Under the pieces are notes generated by a model. The model was not told where the DNA came from, ran no database searches, and saw nothing but the letters and a program-made list of their open reading frames with translations. Source: a virus (Duplodnaviria > Caudoviricetes). From it: a stretch of 45,600 bases of DNA. The position numbers and the translations under genes are program-made. Shown here piece by piece: positions 1-9,302 of this stretch (the stretch's first letter is position 1; every line of letters starts with the position of its first letter). The stretch covers positions 1-45,600 of the IMG/VR virus record IMGVR_UViG_3300048599_000739; one strand, 5' to 3'.

Positions 1-483
1 ATGAGCGGCAAGTTCGCGGCCGATACCAGCGTTTCGGTCGAGCGCACCCGCGCGGAAATCGAGCGCCTGATCATCAAATACGGGGCGACCAGCACGGCGT
101 TCTTCAATGGCCCCACGGAGGCCATGATCGCCTTCGAGGCCAGCGAGCGGCGCATCCTGTTCCGGCTCCCGCTCCCCGGCCGAGAGGAACCGCGCTTCAC
201 TACCTACCAGCGCGGCACCACTACCTACCAGCGCACGGCGGAAGCCGCCTTCGCACAATGGGAACAGGCTTGCCGGCAGCGTTGGCGGGCTCTGGCGCTC
301 GTCATCAAGGCAAAGCTGGAAGCCGTCGAGAGCGGCATCACAACATTTGAAGATGAGTTTATGGCGCACATCGTCATGCCCGATGGCCAGACCGTGGCTA
401 CTCACGTCAAGCCCCGAATCGCTCAGGCTTACGCGACGGAGACGATGACGCCGCTCTTGCCGCCGCCAGGGAGGCTGTCATGA
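1..483 (+). CDS. Conserved hypothetical phage early protein
   Basis: 160-aa ORF with motifs (ERTRAEIERL, KAKLEAVESGI, EFMAHIVMPDGQT) typical of a widespread phage family; ATGA-coupled to the next ORF. Confidence 0.8.
   Translation: MSGKFAADTSVSVERTRAEIERLIIKYGATSTAFFNGPTEAMIAFEASERRILFRLPLPGREEPRFTTYQRGTTTYQRTAEAAFAQWEQACRQRWRALALVIKAKLEAVESGITTFEDEFMAHIVMPDGQTVATHVKPRIAQAYATETMTPLLPPPGRLS
198..234 (+). repeat. 16-bp direct repeat CACTACCTACCAGCGC x2 (198-213, 219-234), in frame
   Basis: Seen directly; encodes a duplicated TYQR. Confidence 0.8.
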
Positions 484-695
484 CCACCTGGCAGGATATC
501 GGGACGGAGGGGCGCTGGTGCGCCCATCGCTGGGGTCGTGATCCAGATATCGACGAGATTGTTTCGCGGCGGTTTGGTAGCCGATTCGACAGCCCGTGCA
601 ACAACCCGAACATGCTGGAATGCGCTATGGTTGAATGCCAAACGGCGAACAGGTGCGTGCGATACCCCTCCCCGCCCTCCAAGGAGGGGGAGTGA
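480..695 (+). CDS. Small Cys-rich hypothetical protein
   Basis: ATGA overlap with the upstream gene; tight packing. Confidence 0.55.
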   Translation: MTTWQDIGTEGRWCAHRWGRDPDIDEIVSRRFGSRFDSPCNNPNMLECAMVECQTANRCVRYPSPPSKEGE

Positions 696-698
696 GCC

Positions 699-938
699 AT
701 GGCAGCACGTCAGGGTGAATTGCTGGCGAAGCCGCCGCGTAGGATGCGCGGACAACTGATGCACGTCTGCGATGCTGGCCCCGGCGAGGGGCCGCGCTGT
801 GTTGTGCAGATGCGGTGCCGCCGCTGCGGGTACGTCTCGGACTGGCTTCAATTCGACACCGTGACAGAGGCAAAGCGCGGCTTGCCGTGCCCGAAATGCA
901 AGAATGATCATCCTGACACCCCCACCGATCCGGGCTAG
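699..938 (+). CDS. Small zinc-ribbon protein
   Basis: CRRC...CPKC pair; GGAG RBS upstream. Confidence 0.7.
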   Translation: MAARQGELLAKPPRRMRGQLMHVCDAGPGEGPRCVVQMRCRRCGYVSDWLQFDTVTEAKRGLPCPKCKNDHPDTPTDPG

Positions 939-939
939 G

Positions 940-1158
940 ATGGAGAGAGTGGCCCTGCACTTCGTCCGGTTTCCTGACAACCACGGGCGGCAGTTTCAGA
1001 ACGCCGTTCGCGTGTTTGGGCCGCCCGACTTCCTGCACCGTTTATGGGACCGCAGAGCGCAGCGTGAGATAGCCGAAGGCGACGTGATAGTGTTTGCCAA
1101 GGGCGACCAGGATCAGCCAGTATCGCCGGTGAATGGCGATGATGAGCACTACCAATGA
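940..1158 (+). CDS. Conserved hypothetical phage protein
   Basis: ATG at 940 just after the upstream stop; motif AVRVFGPPDFLHRLWDRRA. Confidence 0.7.
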   Translation: MERVALHFVRFPDNHGRQFQNAVRVFGPPDFLHRLWDRRAQREIAEGDVIVFAKGDQDQPVSPVNGDDEHYQ

Positions 1159-1505
1159 TCCCCTCTCCAAAATCCTCAACGAGGATAGCCTTGGCTACGT
1201 CGAGGAACACGGAAATGACCACCAGACTTGCGAATGGGCTTCCCGGAATCATCTGCACGACTTGCAATGGCTGCGGACAGGAGCGGTACAAAGCCTCGAC
1301 ATTGCCGCCACAGTTCAATGCCGGCAATGGCCGTTATGAAGGCGAGATGTTTATTCGCAAGTGCATCAAGTGCGACGGACTTGGTGCTATCGAAGATGCC
1401 AACAAAATGCGTGGCGTTCCCCATCATGTCGAATTGAGAGGCATGCAGGCGGCGACGCCCCTCGAAAGTCTCGCAGGAGGCATCTTTTCACGTTTAGGCT
1501 GGTGA
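1155..1505 (+). CDS. Protein with DnaJ-type zinc-finger motifs
   Basis: CTTCNGCG and CIKCDGLG (CxxCxGxG); ATGA overlap. Confidence 0.65.
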   Translation: MIPSPKSSTRIALATSRNTEMTTRLANGLPGIICTTCNGCGQERYKASTLPPQFNAGNGRYEGEMFIRKCIKCDGLGAIEDANKMRGVPHHVELRGMQAATPLESLAGGIFSRLGW

Positions 1506-1523
1506 AGAAACGGAGGAAGCGCG

Positions 1524-1733
1524 ATGGTCAATGACCCAACCCAATTCCGCCCTCGCCGCACCCTCTCCCGTTACGCCGATGACAAAGCGGTCAAAGACTT
1601 CGCGCGGGTCGTTGAGCAGACGGGAATATTGAAGCCCGGAGATTCAGTCGACGAGCTCGCGGCGCTAATCGGAAAGGATCAACCCGCTGCCGATGATTTG
1701 GAGCGGGTCGGAAAGCTGCTGAACGACGAGTGA
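1524..1733 (+). CDS. Hypothetical protein
   Basis: Strong GGAGG RBS; converges on the end of the lysis cassette. Confidence 0.65.
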   Translation: MVNDPTQFRPRRTLSRYADDKAVKDFARVVEQTGILKPGDSVDELAALIGKDQPAADDLERVGKLLNDE

Positions 1734-1736
1734 GGG

Positions 1737-2345
1737 CTACCCCCGCGGATCGACCACCGCGAACCCCGCCAGCGATCGGACATGCAGGAGCGTCTTGCGC
1801 CCGCCCGAGTTTGCATCGAAGGCCAGCACCTTCCCTCCCCCGAGAACCTGCCTGATCACGAATACATGGCCTCGCCTTGCCGCCACCATGCCGGGCGCAG
1901 GCGCAGCACGCGGGAAGCTCAGCCAGTTGGCGGCAAGCCAGAGAGAGCGGACGGGACGGCCGAACACCTCGACGGCCGCGCCGCACCCACAGAACGCCCG
2001 AGCCGGACAGCCCGCAGGATGGGGCAGGATCGCCGTCCCGTGGCGCAGGAACGACTTCTGCGTCTCCGGCGGATACATCGGGCTGCCGAAATCCACGTTG
2101 CGGAAGCGCTCCGCACGGGCGATGCGAGCCCGATCCTGTTTCGAAGGGTATAATCCCGCGCGTTCGGATTTTACTTTTCCGCCGCTTGGTACAGTGCATG
2201 GCCAAAGAACGTTGCACATCGGATGCATAGCAGTAGTCCGCGCGTTGCGGGCGTGAGCCGGAGAATCGAGGAAAAGGCAAGCGAGCGCGAGCGCGGCCAC
2301 GGCAATGCCGAGCCCCGCCGCAATAGCGCGGATGATCATGATCAA
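1737..2345 (-). CDS. Exported CHAP/NlpC-P60-like protein (putative peptidoglycan peptidase)
   Basis: Hydrophobic N-terminus ending in AHA; FCGCGA Cys and RGHV His motifs; GGAG RBS. Confidence 0.6.
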   Translation of the reverse strand: MIMIIRAIAAGLGIAVAALALACLFLDSPAHARNARTTAMHPMCNVLWPCTVPSGGKVKSERAGLYPSKQDRARIARAERFRNVDFGSPMYPPETQKSFLRHGTAILPHPAGCPARAFCGCGAAVEVFGRPVRSLWLAANWLSFPRAAPAPGMVAARRGHVFVIRQVLGGGKVLAFDANSGGRKTLLHVRSLAGFAVVDPRG

Positions 2346-2370
2346 CTCCGAATGTGATGGCGATTGAGGG

Positions 2371-2604
2371 TCAGCCGGCCTTGAACCAGGCGAGGAACTT
2401 GCCGATGGACTCGGCGAACATCACGACGCCGGATACGATGCCAAGAATACCTATAATTACCCATTTTACGAATATCCCAACGGTCTTGATCGAATTAACC
2501 AGCCGAATGCCATCGTTGATTGTGTCAACCTCATCGTCACGCAGGCTTTCAAGAAACGCCTTGGTCTTTTCGGGAAGTTCTTCGAACCGCTTGCAGTTGC
2601 TCAT
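2371..2604 (-). CDS. Small membrane protein of the lysis cassette (holin/antiholin-like)
   Basis: One C-terminal TM segment; ATG at 2604 overlaps the o-spanin stop (ATGA). Confidence 0.6.
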   Translation of the reverse strand: MSNCKRFEELPEKTKAFLESLRDDEVDTINDGIRLVNSIKTVGIFVKWVIIGILGIVSGVVMFAESIGKFLAWFKAG

Positions 2605-2810
2605 TTCTTCCACCCGCATAGAGCTTTCCCCGCAGCGTTGTTTTCCTTCACCTGCGCGACGGTCGCCGGGGTGTCGGCCTTCGACCAGTACACCGGCTTG
2701 AACGAGGCGCATGCCACCAGCGCGGGATCAATCGCGCCGGAACCCGTCGTCTGACAGGACGCTGTCAGGGTCGCGAGCAAGATCAGCCCGCACAAGATCA
2801 CGGGCCGCAT
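2601..2810 (-). CDS. o-spanin (Rz1-like lipoprotein)
   Basis: Signal peptide with lipobox LTASC; two further Cys; overlaps the 3' end of the i-spanin gene. Confidence 0.75.
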   Translation of the reverse strand: MRPVILCGLILLATLTASCQTTGSGAIDPALVACASFKPVYWSKADTPATVAQVKENNAAGKALCGWKK

Positions 2811-2967
2811 TTGCCCTCGCGATGGCATCGTTCGCATCTGTCAGTCCTTTCGCGATGGCCTGCGCCGTCCCGGCGTCCATCCACTTCTGGCTGACCGCGT
2901 ACTCCGCGATCAGCCTGATGATGGACAGCAGCGCCGAGACGACGCCGATGATGGCGGAGGCGGTCAT
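2728..2967 (-). CDS. i-spanin (Rz-like)
   Basis: N-terminal TM segment then Ala-rich helix ending DDGFRRD; position after the holin. Confidence 0.7.
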   Translation of the reverse strand: MTASAIIGVVSALLSIIRLIAEYAVSQKWMDAGTAQAIAKGLTDANDAIARANAARDLVRADLARDPDSVLSDDGFRRD

Positions 2968-3144
2968 TTAAGTGGCCGTGCGGTTGCGCTCCCAAAAAAA
3001 CCACCACGATACCGAGCCGATCGACAGCAGCGCGCCCACCAGCGTGGTGCTCATTTCCTCGGTCAGGTAGCCCTTGCCGATCAGCACGCCGCCGGCCGCG
3101 TTGAGCAGAATGCGCAGCACCTGCTGGATGGAATCCCAGGTCAT
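2968..3144 (-). CDS. Putative holin, 58 aa, two hydrophobic segments
   Basis: MTWDSIQQVLRILLNAAGGVLIGKG...; GGAG RBS before ATG 3144; directly downstream of the endolysin. Confidence 0.75.
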   Translation of the reverse strand: MTWDSIQQVLRILLNAAGGVLIGKGYLTEEMSTTLVGALLSIGSVSWWFFWERNRTAT

Positions 3145-3191
3145 AGTCGTCTCCATTGATGTGAGGATGCCGGGTGGCCGCCCGGCGCGGA

Positions 3192-3749
3192 TTACGCTTC
3201 GTTGGTAGAGAGTTTGCCGCTCGAGGCGAGCATCACCTTGCGGACGTTGTCGGGTTGGACGTTGTAGGCCGGCCGGCGCGCGCGATAGAGCCGCGACTTG
3301 GCGATGCGGGTGATGCACACGCTGTCCGATTGATTTCCGCCGAGGACGTGATAGGCGGTTGCGTCCTCGCCCACATAGAACGCGACATGACCGCCGCCGT
3401 TGCGCTTGAAGGTCAGCACGTCGCCCAGCATCGGCTTTGGTGCGGGCTTGCCAAAGTCGGCCCACGCCAGCGCCCATAGCGGGCTATCGACCACAGGCTT
3501 GCCCGCGCGCTTCGCCACCACGGCCATGAACAGGCCGCACCACGGAATGGAATCGTGGCTGTAGCTGTTGCCGAGGCCCACCTCGCGCGCCCACGCGAGG
3601 ATGACGGGATTGTCCTTCGGGCCCGGCGCTTCGAGGGTGCCATAGAGCGCGAGCGCTTCCTTGAGCATCTTCGGACCCGGCTCTTTGTCGAGCCAGGCAT
3701 AGCGAGCAGGCAGCGCCGAGCGCGCCGCCGGAAGGGCTGCGGGGGACAT
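3192..3749 (-). CDS. Endolysin, TIGR02594-type CHAP/NlpC-P60 peptidase
   Basis: PWCGLF, GGGHVAFY and LGGNQSD motifs; GGAG RBS before ATG 3749. Confidence 0.85.
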   Translation of the reverse strand: MSPAALPAARSALPARYAWLDKEPGPKMLKEALALYGTLEAPGPKDNPVILAWAREVGLGNSYSHDSIPWCGLFMAVVAKRAGKPVVDSPLWALAWADFGKPAPKPMLGDVLTFKRNGGGHVAFYVGEDATAYHVLGGNQSDSVCITRIAKSRLYRARRPAYNVQPDNVRKVMLASSGKLSTNEA

Positions 3750-3852
3750 GGGATTCTCCAGTTTGAAAAGATAGTCTGGCCGTGTTGCCGACAGCATGCC
3801 GGCATTATAGTTTCGTGACAGACGACCTCACACCGAGGGGGTAGAGCCCATT

Positions 3853-4956
3853 TTGAACATCCACGAAAACGACGAGTATTTGGTCCGTCTTGTCCATGGT
3901 GTTGGTCATGGATGTGTTGTGACGTTTACGGACTATACCGACAATCGAACATTGGATCGCGCTGGGTTTGCAGAAGATTACTTTCGAAGGTCAGGCATAA
4001 CCGCAATTCACGCAATCTCCCGTGACAATGATTGGTGGCAATATCCAGGCTTCGAAACAGCGCTAGCATCGATCCGCGCCGCTGCGTCTAAATGCGGGAC
4101 AGTCGCGGCTTACGGACACAGTATGGGCGGCTATGCCGCTGTGCGTTTCGCTGATGCAGTCGGCGCTTCGCATGTTCTTGCAATTTCGCCTCAGTACTCA
4201 CTCGATCCGAAGAAGACGCCGTTCGAAACAAGATGGCAACAAGATGCTAGACGCATCAATTGGGGAGACGGACATATCAGGTCGTCCGCAAAGACAGTCA
4301 TTGTCTACGACCCCATGATGCACTCCGACAGGCGGCACCTCGATCTCATCAAGTCAGACATTCCAGTAAGTGAGATTGCAATTCACTTTGCCGGGCATGG
4401 GACATTGCCGATCTTGAATGAGATCAACGAGCTAAGATCACTGCTCTCACAATTACTCACCGGAATCGATGTTGATGCTGCCAATGTCCGCATTAAGGAG
4501 AAGAAGAAAACCAGCCCCTCGTATCTCGCCATTTTGGCTGAGCGGATTTATGACCGCCACCCTCAAACGGCCCTCGCCCTGGCCGAGCGAGCGCATCAGA
4601 TATCAGCCGACAACTACACAGCGATCGAGGTTCTGACGCAAATTCTCAAGCGCAATGGTCAACCAGATCGCGCCGCCCACATCCTCCAAGGTGCCTCGCT
4701 CTTTTTGGGCCGCACGCCGGTGCTTCTTCACAATCTAAGTTGCGCATTGCACGAGGCGGGGCGGACATCTAAGGCCATCGAGATCGCAGCAGAAACTTTA
4801 ACCCTCGCCCCCTCGGTTGCGAACTTTCAACTTTGGATGGCGCGATTATTAATCCACACTGGACGCAACTCAGAGGCCATCCCGTTCGCGGCCGAGGGAT
4901 ATCGGCTTTTGCCAAATGCCGACGCAAGGGCCGTCTTGGAAGTCGCGCGGTCTTAA
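3853..4956 (+). CDS. Alpha/beta-hydrolase fused to TPR repeats (moron)
   Basis: GHSMGG nucleophile elbow, YDP and AGH candidate acid and His; helical TPR-like C-terminus; opposite strand to its neighbours. Confidence 0.75.
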   Translation: MNIHENDEYLVRLVHGVGHGCVVTFTDYTDNRTLDRAGFAEDYFRRSGITAIHAISRDNDWWQYPGFETALASIRAAASKCGTVAAYGHSMGGYAAVRFADAVGASHVLAISPQYSLDPKKTPFETRWQQDARRINWGDGHIRSSAKTVIVYDPMMHSDRRHLDLIKSDIPVSEIAIHFAGHGTLPILNEINELRSLLSQLLTGIDVDAANVRIKEKKKTSPSYLAILAERIYDRHPQTALALAERAHQISADNYTAIEVLTQILKRNGQPDRAAHILQGASLFLGRTPVLLHNLSCALHEAGRTSKAIEIAAETLTLAPSVANFQLWMARLLIHTGRNSEAIPFAAEGYRLLPNADARAVLEVARS

Positions 4957-6440
4957 TATGCCGTATTCCCGCCAACGCTTTTGTTGGCCCCGGTTCCGCC
5001 ATCCTGCACGGCGTTACTCGTTGCGTGGCCAGACGAAATATTGTCTTTGATGACATAACCGTCGCTCGCGCCGGACAGTACAGTAATCGGGTATGCGCAT
5101 GGCTGAGACGTCCCGCCGTCTGAAGGCAATATCTTATTGTGACTTATGTCGAAGCCTTTGATTCCAGCCGCAACGACAACGTTAATGTACAACGCACTGG
5201 CACTCTGGCCATTCGACGAAATCCGATTCCCGATGATGGAATAATCGCGCCCTACATTGATTAAAATGCCATTTTGAGCCCCGCCTGTGATGTCACCGTC
5301 AGAAAATGACGATTCTCCGGTAAACGCGCTAATGAATTGCAATCCGTTCCCAGTTAGCGTCGATCCCAACCAGCACTGTGACGCGTTAAACCCTCTCCCG
5401 GCCTCCAGGCTCATCCCAGAGACAAGCGCATGATCCGTATCAAGGTTGGTAAAGTACGGCCACATCGGAGCGGACGAACCATTGTTCACGCTATCAACCA
5501 TCCTGAAGCCGTAAGCGCCATTTATCAGCGCCCCATCGGTCACGTTGAGTGAATATGAATAGCTGTCCAATAGAATATGAGCCAAAGAACTAGAAAACAC
5601 GAACTGCCAAACTACCGTGCCATCGGTGATCTGGCGCGACGCATTAGTCGTCCCGGCCACGCCGGCAGATCCGTTCGGGCCGCCAGATGAAGCGGTGACC
5701 CCTGCGGTGATGCATTGATAAACTGCACCACCATGCGTTCCGTATTTCCCAACCGAATAGCTCGTGCTACGAGCGATGGCACCAACGTAGTTCGACGCGA
5801 TGCAGTAAGAAGGGAGCGGATATGGCGCGTCACAAATCGGATTAAACAGTGATGCGCCGTAATTTGGCGTTTCGGAAACCCCAGAATAAAAACGAATACC
5901 GTAAGTCCCGTAAAGCTGTCGGATTTCGGTTCGTTTATGCATGTAACCGATCGAACCGATAACATCGATGCCATTGAAGCATCGGTCAATCCAGAGTCGC
6001 TCTGTGAAGTAGTCATAACAGCTTGAGAACTTAAGCGCGGACCCGCTCGTCGGAAGAACCGAGCGCGATCCGTTGAATCGTACGCCAGTGATCCCATTCG
6101 ATGACGTTCCGCTGAAAACTAGCCCTGCATTGCTCGCGTTCAGCTGGAAAACCGATCCGGTGTCCTCGTTCGACCCCTCCCCTTCCAAGACAAGACCGTG
6201 CTTCGCAAGCGTAACCTGACTGCCGAGACGCATTATCTCCCCGTTTCCGGGAAGTCGTAGACGGCCACCCGCAGCACTAGCAAGAGAGATCAGAGCCGCA
6301 TCGACGTTGATGCCGGATTTTACGCAATTCCGGAACGCCGGATCATCCATGGCGTGTCGCCAGCGGTCCGAGCGCTCACGAATGATCGCAGGAGCAAAGC
6401 CTGCACGGACTTTTGTTGCCAACGCCATGTTCGACGGCAT
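4953..6440 (-). CDS. Tailspike/depolymerase, right-handed beta-helix (pectin-lyase-like)
   Basis: GGRLRLPG and VLEGEG start of helix; Asn/Gly/Ile-rich repeats (IIGNRISSNG, ISHNKI, IKDNISSG). Confidence 0.75.
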   Translation of the reverse strand: MPSNMALATKVRAGFAPAIIRERSDRWRHAMDDPAFRNCVKSGINVDAALISLASAAGGRLRLPGNGEIMRLGSQVTLAKHGLVLEGEGSNEDTGSVFQLNASNAGLVFSGTSSNGITGVRFNGSRSVLPTSGSALKFSSCYDYFTERLWIDRCFNGIDVIGSIGYMHKRTEIRQLYGTYGIRFYSGVSETPNYGASLFNPICDAPYPLPSYCIASNYVGAIARSTSYSVGKYGTHGGAVYQCITAGVTASSGGPNGSAGVAGTTNASRQITDGTVVWQFVFSSSLAHILLDSYSYSLNVTDGALINGAYGFRMVDSVNNGSSAPMWPYFTNLDTDHALVSGMSLEAGRGFNASQCWLGSTLTGNGLQFISAFTGESSFSDGDITGGAQNGILINVGRDYSIIGNRISSNGQSASALYINVVVAAGIKGFDISHNKILPSDGGTSQPCAYPITVLSGASDGYVIKDNISSGHATSNAVQDGGTGANKSVGGNTAY

Positions 6441-6449
6441 TCAACCCTC

Positions 6450-6731
6450 CTAAGCCCAGACGCGCATCGGCGCATCCGGAGTATGTTTGATATCATTCGG
6501 GATTTGGTCGGCAATCGATGGTTCGCAGCGCAAGTTAACGTGGAACCTGTCGTCAATGACCGCAGGAGTCACTTCATTGCCATCCGCGTCAATCACGGAT
6601 GTCGTCAGAACGACAGGACCGATAACGTCAATGGAATACATCGGGCTGTCGATCCAGCCGTCGTCGTCACGCATAAAGGCCAGCGCCGCGTGCATCTCAG
6701 CTTCCGTTTCAGCACGTAGGTAAATATCCAT
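6450..6731 (-). CDS. Small fibre-associated protein (possible chaperone)
   Basis: MDIYLR...DVIGPV...FHVNLR pattern seen after phage fibre genes. Confidence 0.6.
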   Translation of the reverse strand: MDIYLRAETEAEMHAALAFMRDDDGWIDSPMYSIDVIGPVVLTTSVIDADGNEVTPAVIDDRFHVNLRCEPSIADQIPNDIKHTPDAPMRVWA

Positions 6732-6738
6732 TGCGCAC

Positions 6739-8949
6739 CTATGACGTGAGCGCCTGCAACTGATCGTTGCTCAGGCTGGTCGGGTAGTACAGCAAACGAT
6801 GGAAGGTGTTTCGCCCGCCGAATGTAATGTTATTTACAGTCGGGACATCGCAGACCACATCTGTGTCGATCACAGAGCCATTAACAACGAACGCAAAATC
6901 GTTCTGCTTGTATCGAAAGGCGGTCCGATAGCGTGTACCTGCGACCTGCGCAATGTTGCCAGAATCAACCTGCAGCACACCTGTTTTTACGACGTACAAA
7001 TCAACCCCTCCAATCAGAGCACCAGATCGAAGATTCATAAAAGTGTTGCCTGAGCCGGAGTCGTAAACCGAAAAAAATGCGTCCGTTCCAGTCGCATTAT
7101 CCCGCACAGTCACAGGCGTGTACTCGATCAAGAACACCCCCTGATCGGCGTTGAACCAGTTGGTGTCGAGCGGGATTCTAAAGCTGTCCCCCGAGCGCGT
7201 AACCTGTGCGGACGTTGTCTTGATATACGATGTGGCACCGCCGACATTGGTGCTGTCTTCGATCTGAGCGCCCCAGAAGTAAGTCGTTCCTGTCGCTGTC
7301 GCATCGACCGTGGTATTATATGTCGCTGCAAAGCACGGGCGCAGATCAATCCATAGAGATGTGTTACCAGTGGAATTGTTTTGCAGGGTCAGTTGACATC
7401 TAAACCAGCCATTACCGACATTTTCGACGAGAAAAGCAGCGCCAGAAGTTGCTGGCCGCCAAGCCGCAGCGCCCGTCCTTGGGTTGATAACGAGTTCGGT
7501 TTGAACGATTGCGGACCCACCTGTAAGAATCGCCCTACATGAACAACAATTCGATGTACCCGCATTAACAAAGAACGAGACCGTGTATTTTTTTGAATCA
7601 TTTGGGACGGTAAAGGTTTGAAGCCTTCCGGCGATCCCAACCGATGAATTGTCGTTGAACAATGTAGCAGTTGTGCTGCCGTCCGGCGCAACACCTGCGC
7701 CAGCAGTCAATACCGCGTCAACATCAAATCCGGCTGCCCACGGTGACGTAGAGAAGCTCTCGCTTTGAAGGAGCAGATTGGTCGTGGCATTGGTCTCGTA
7801 CAGAAACCCACGTTCTTCTCGCGTCACTGGATTATAGGTGACGCGCTGCGTGTTCGCCGGCGCGAACTGCAACAACCCATTGCTCCCGGTAAAACTCGCT
7901 GTTGTACTGCGTGTCCCCTGCGCAATGTAGGCGATGTCGCTGCCTGACAGGTCGATCACCGGCACAGCCGCGATGCGGTCAACGAGATTGACGGTATTGC
8001 CAAACTTAATAGCCGCGCCAGTTGTGCCGGAGGCAGCGGCGACCTGCCAATCCGTTGACGTCCCCTGGCCAGACACGCTGCCAGCAGAAGGTTCGCCGGC
8101 AATTGACAGATTCCACGCCGCAATGGTCCCGGAACCGGAAACCTTATCAACACTGATCGTCAGAGACGTACCGCTATAGGCCGTGCACACCCCCTCCATC
8201 CAGTTCGTCGGCGACCCCGACGACGCGACGCGAAGGCGACTACCGATAACGTAGGCGAGCCCGCCCTGCGTTGTTAACGTCTTTGAGCCGACACCGACGG
8301 CAAGAGATGTAGTTGAGGAGCCGTCATAACCACTCCCTTTAGCGCCGGAAGTACCAGTATCGCCCTTATCCCCCTTCGGCAATGTGAGGTTAAGCGTCTG
8401 ATTTGGTGCCGTACCAGTAATGGACGCGCCTGCGCTCCCCCCGCCCGTAACCGCTCCGATTGACAGCGTGTTGGCTGGCCCGATATCCCCGGTATCCCCC
8501 TTGTCGCCCTTCTCACCCGGGAGGCCATCTATACCCGGAGGCCCCTGAATGATCGACCCTGCCGACCATCCGCCTGCGGTAAGCCTGATATAGACAAGCT
8601 CTGTATCAGTGCCGAAGTAAGTGAACCCTGGATCCTCGTCATTGTATGCCGTGCGACCGGCGAGAGGCCCTGCTGCATCGATCGCGAGGCCAGCGCCGCT
8701 CGAAATTATCTTCCAACGACCGCCGCTCGCATCCACAATGATTGATGTGCCGTCGTCCGCGCTCGTCGTGTCGCTGGTGTCACGATAAAAGAATGCGGTC
8801 AGCGTCTGGATGTAGCAAAGCCAGAACGTTGAGCCGTCCAGCGCACGGAGTGCATCCGGATTTCCGAGCCTGAGCGGCAAATATGCGCGGGCGTTCGCCT
8901 TCTCGACCGGAACGCCGTCCTGGAATACGGGATGCGGATTGCCAGCCAT
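6739..8949 (-). CDS. Tail fibre with collagen-like repeats and a C-terminal carbohydrate-binding/LamG-like region
   Basis: GPPGIDGLPGEKGDKGDTGDIGP repeats; TNLLLQSE, NGWFRC, WGAQIE and TSYIKT motifs. Confidence 0.8.
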   Translation of the reverse strand: MAGNPHPVFQDGVPVEKANARAYLPLRLGNPDALRALDGSTFWLCYIQTLTAFFYRDTSDTTSADDGTSIIVDASGGRWKIISSGAGLAIDAAGPLAGRTAYNDEDPGFTYFGTDTELVYIRLTAGGWSAGSIIQGPPGIDGLPGEKGDKGDTGDIGPANTLSIGAVTGGGSAGASITGTAPNQTLNLTLPKGDKGDTGTSGAKGSGYDGSSTTSLAVGVGSKTLTTQGGLAYVIGSRLRVASSGSPTNWMEGVCTAYSGTSLTISVDKVSGSGTIAAWNLSIAGEPSAGSVSGQGTSTDWQVAAASGTTGAAIKFGNTVNLVDRIAAVPVIDLSGSDIAYIAQGTRSTTASFTGSNGLLQFAPANTQRVTYNPVTREERGFLYETNATTNLLLQSESFSTSPWAAGFDVDAVLTAGAGVAPDGSTTATLFNDNSSVGIAGRLQTFTVPNDSKKYTVSFFVNAGTSNCCSCRAILTGGSAIVQTELVINPRTGAAAWRPATSGAAFLVENVGNGWFRCQLTLQNNSTGNTSLWIDLRPCFAATYNTTVDATATGTTYFWGAQIEDSTNVGGATSYIKTTSAQVTRSGDSFRIPLDTNWFNADQGVFLIEYTPVTVRDNATGTDAFFSVYDSGSGNTFMNLRSGALIGGVDLYVVKTGVLQVDSGNIAQVAGTRYRTAFRYKQNDFAFVVNGSVIDTDVVCDVPTVNNITFGGRNTFHRLLYYPTSLSNDQLQALTS

Positions 8950-9302
8950 CAGTTCAATTCCTCAAAAGCAGCTTTGATCTGCTCATGCGTGGTGATCTCT
9001 CCCGCCTCTATAGCGAGATCGACGTCCTTGTTCTTGTCGAAGCAGGCTTGGATGTGTGCGGTAACGGCATCGCCAATTGCGATGATCTGGTCCCGGCTCA
9101 GCGTGACGTAGATGCCCGATGAGACCTTCCAGTTCGGAATGGAGAAATTCTCGTCCTGAGATGCGCGAATATAGGCAGCCGTCAGAACTGCCTTCGTCTG
9201 ATCATCAGTCGGGATCGCAACGCCGCCTAGAACAATTCCGGCATTCTCCGCGACGGATCTGGCTGTTGCCGCCCACGTCAGCAGCGTCTGACGGTCGGCC
9301 AC
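8949..9302 (-). CDS. DUF4376-like tail-associated protein
   Basis: IPTDDQT...WK...AHIQACF pattern; lies between fibre genes. Confidence 0.7.
   Translation of the reverse strand: MADRQTLLTWAATARSVAENAGIVLGGVAIPTDDQTKAVLTAAYIRASQDENFSIPNWKVSSGIYVTLSRDQIIAIGDAVTAHIQACFDKNKDVDLAIEAGEITTHEQIKAAFEELN

Noticed and set aside
3145-3477. N-terminal extension of the holin ORF
   Set aside because: Lies mostly inside the endolysin gene; the RBS supports ATG 3144
8300-8550. Gly-X-Y repeats as a DNA repeat array or DGR target
   Set aside because: Ordinary collagen-like fibre segment; no reverse transcriptase or TR/VR pair found
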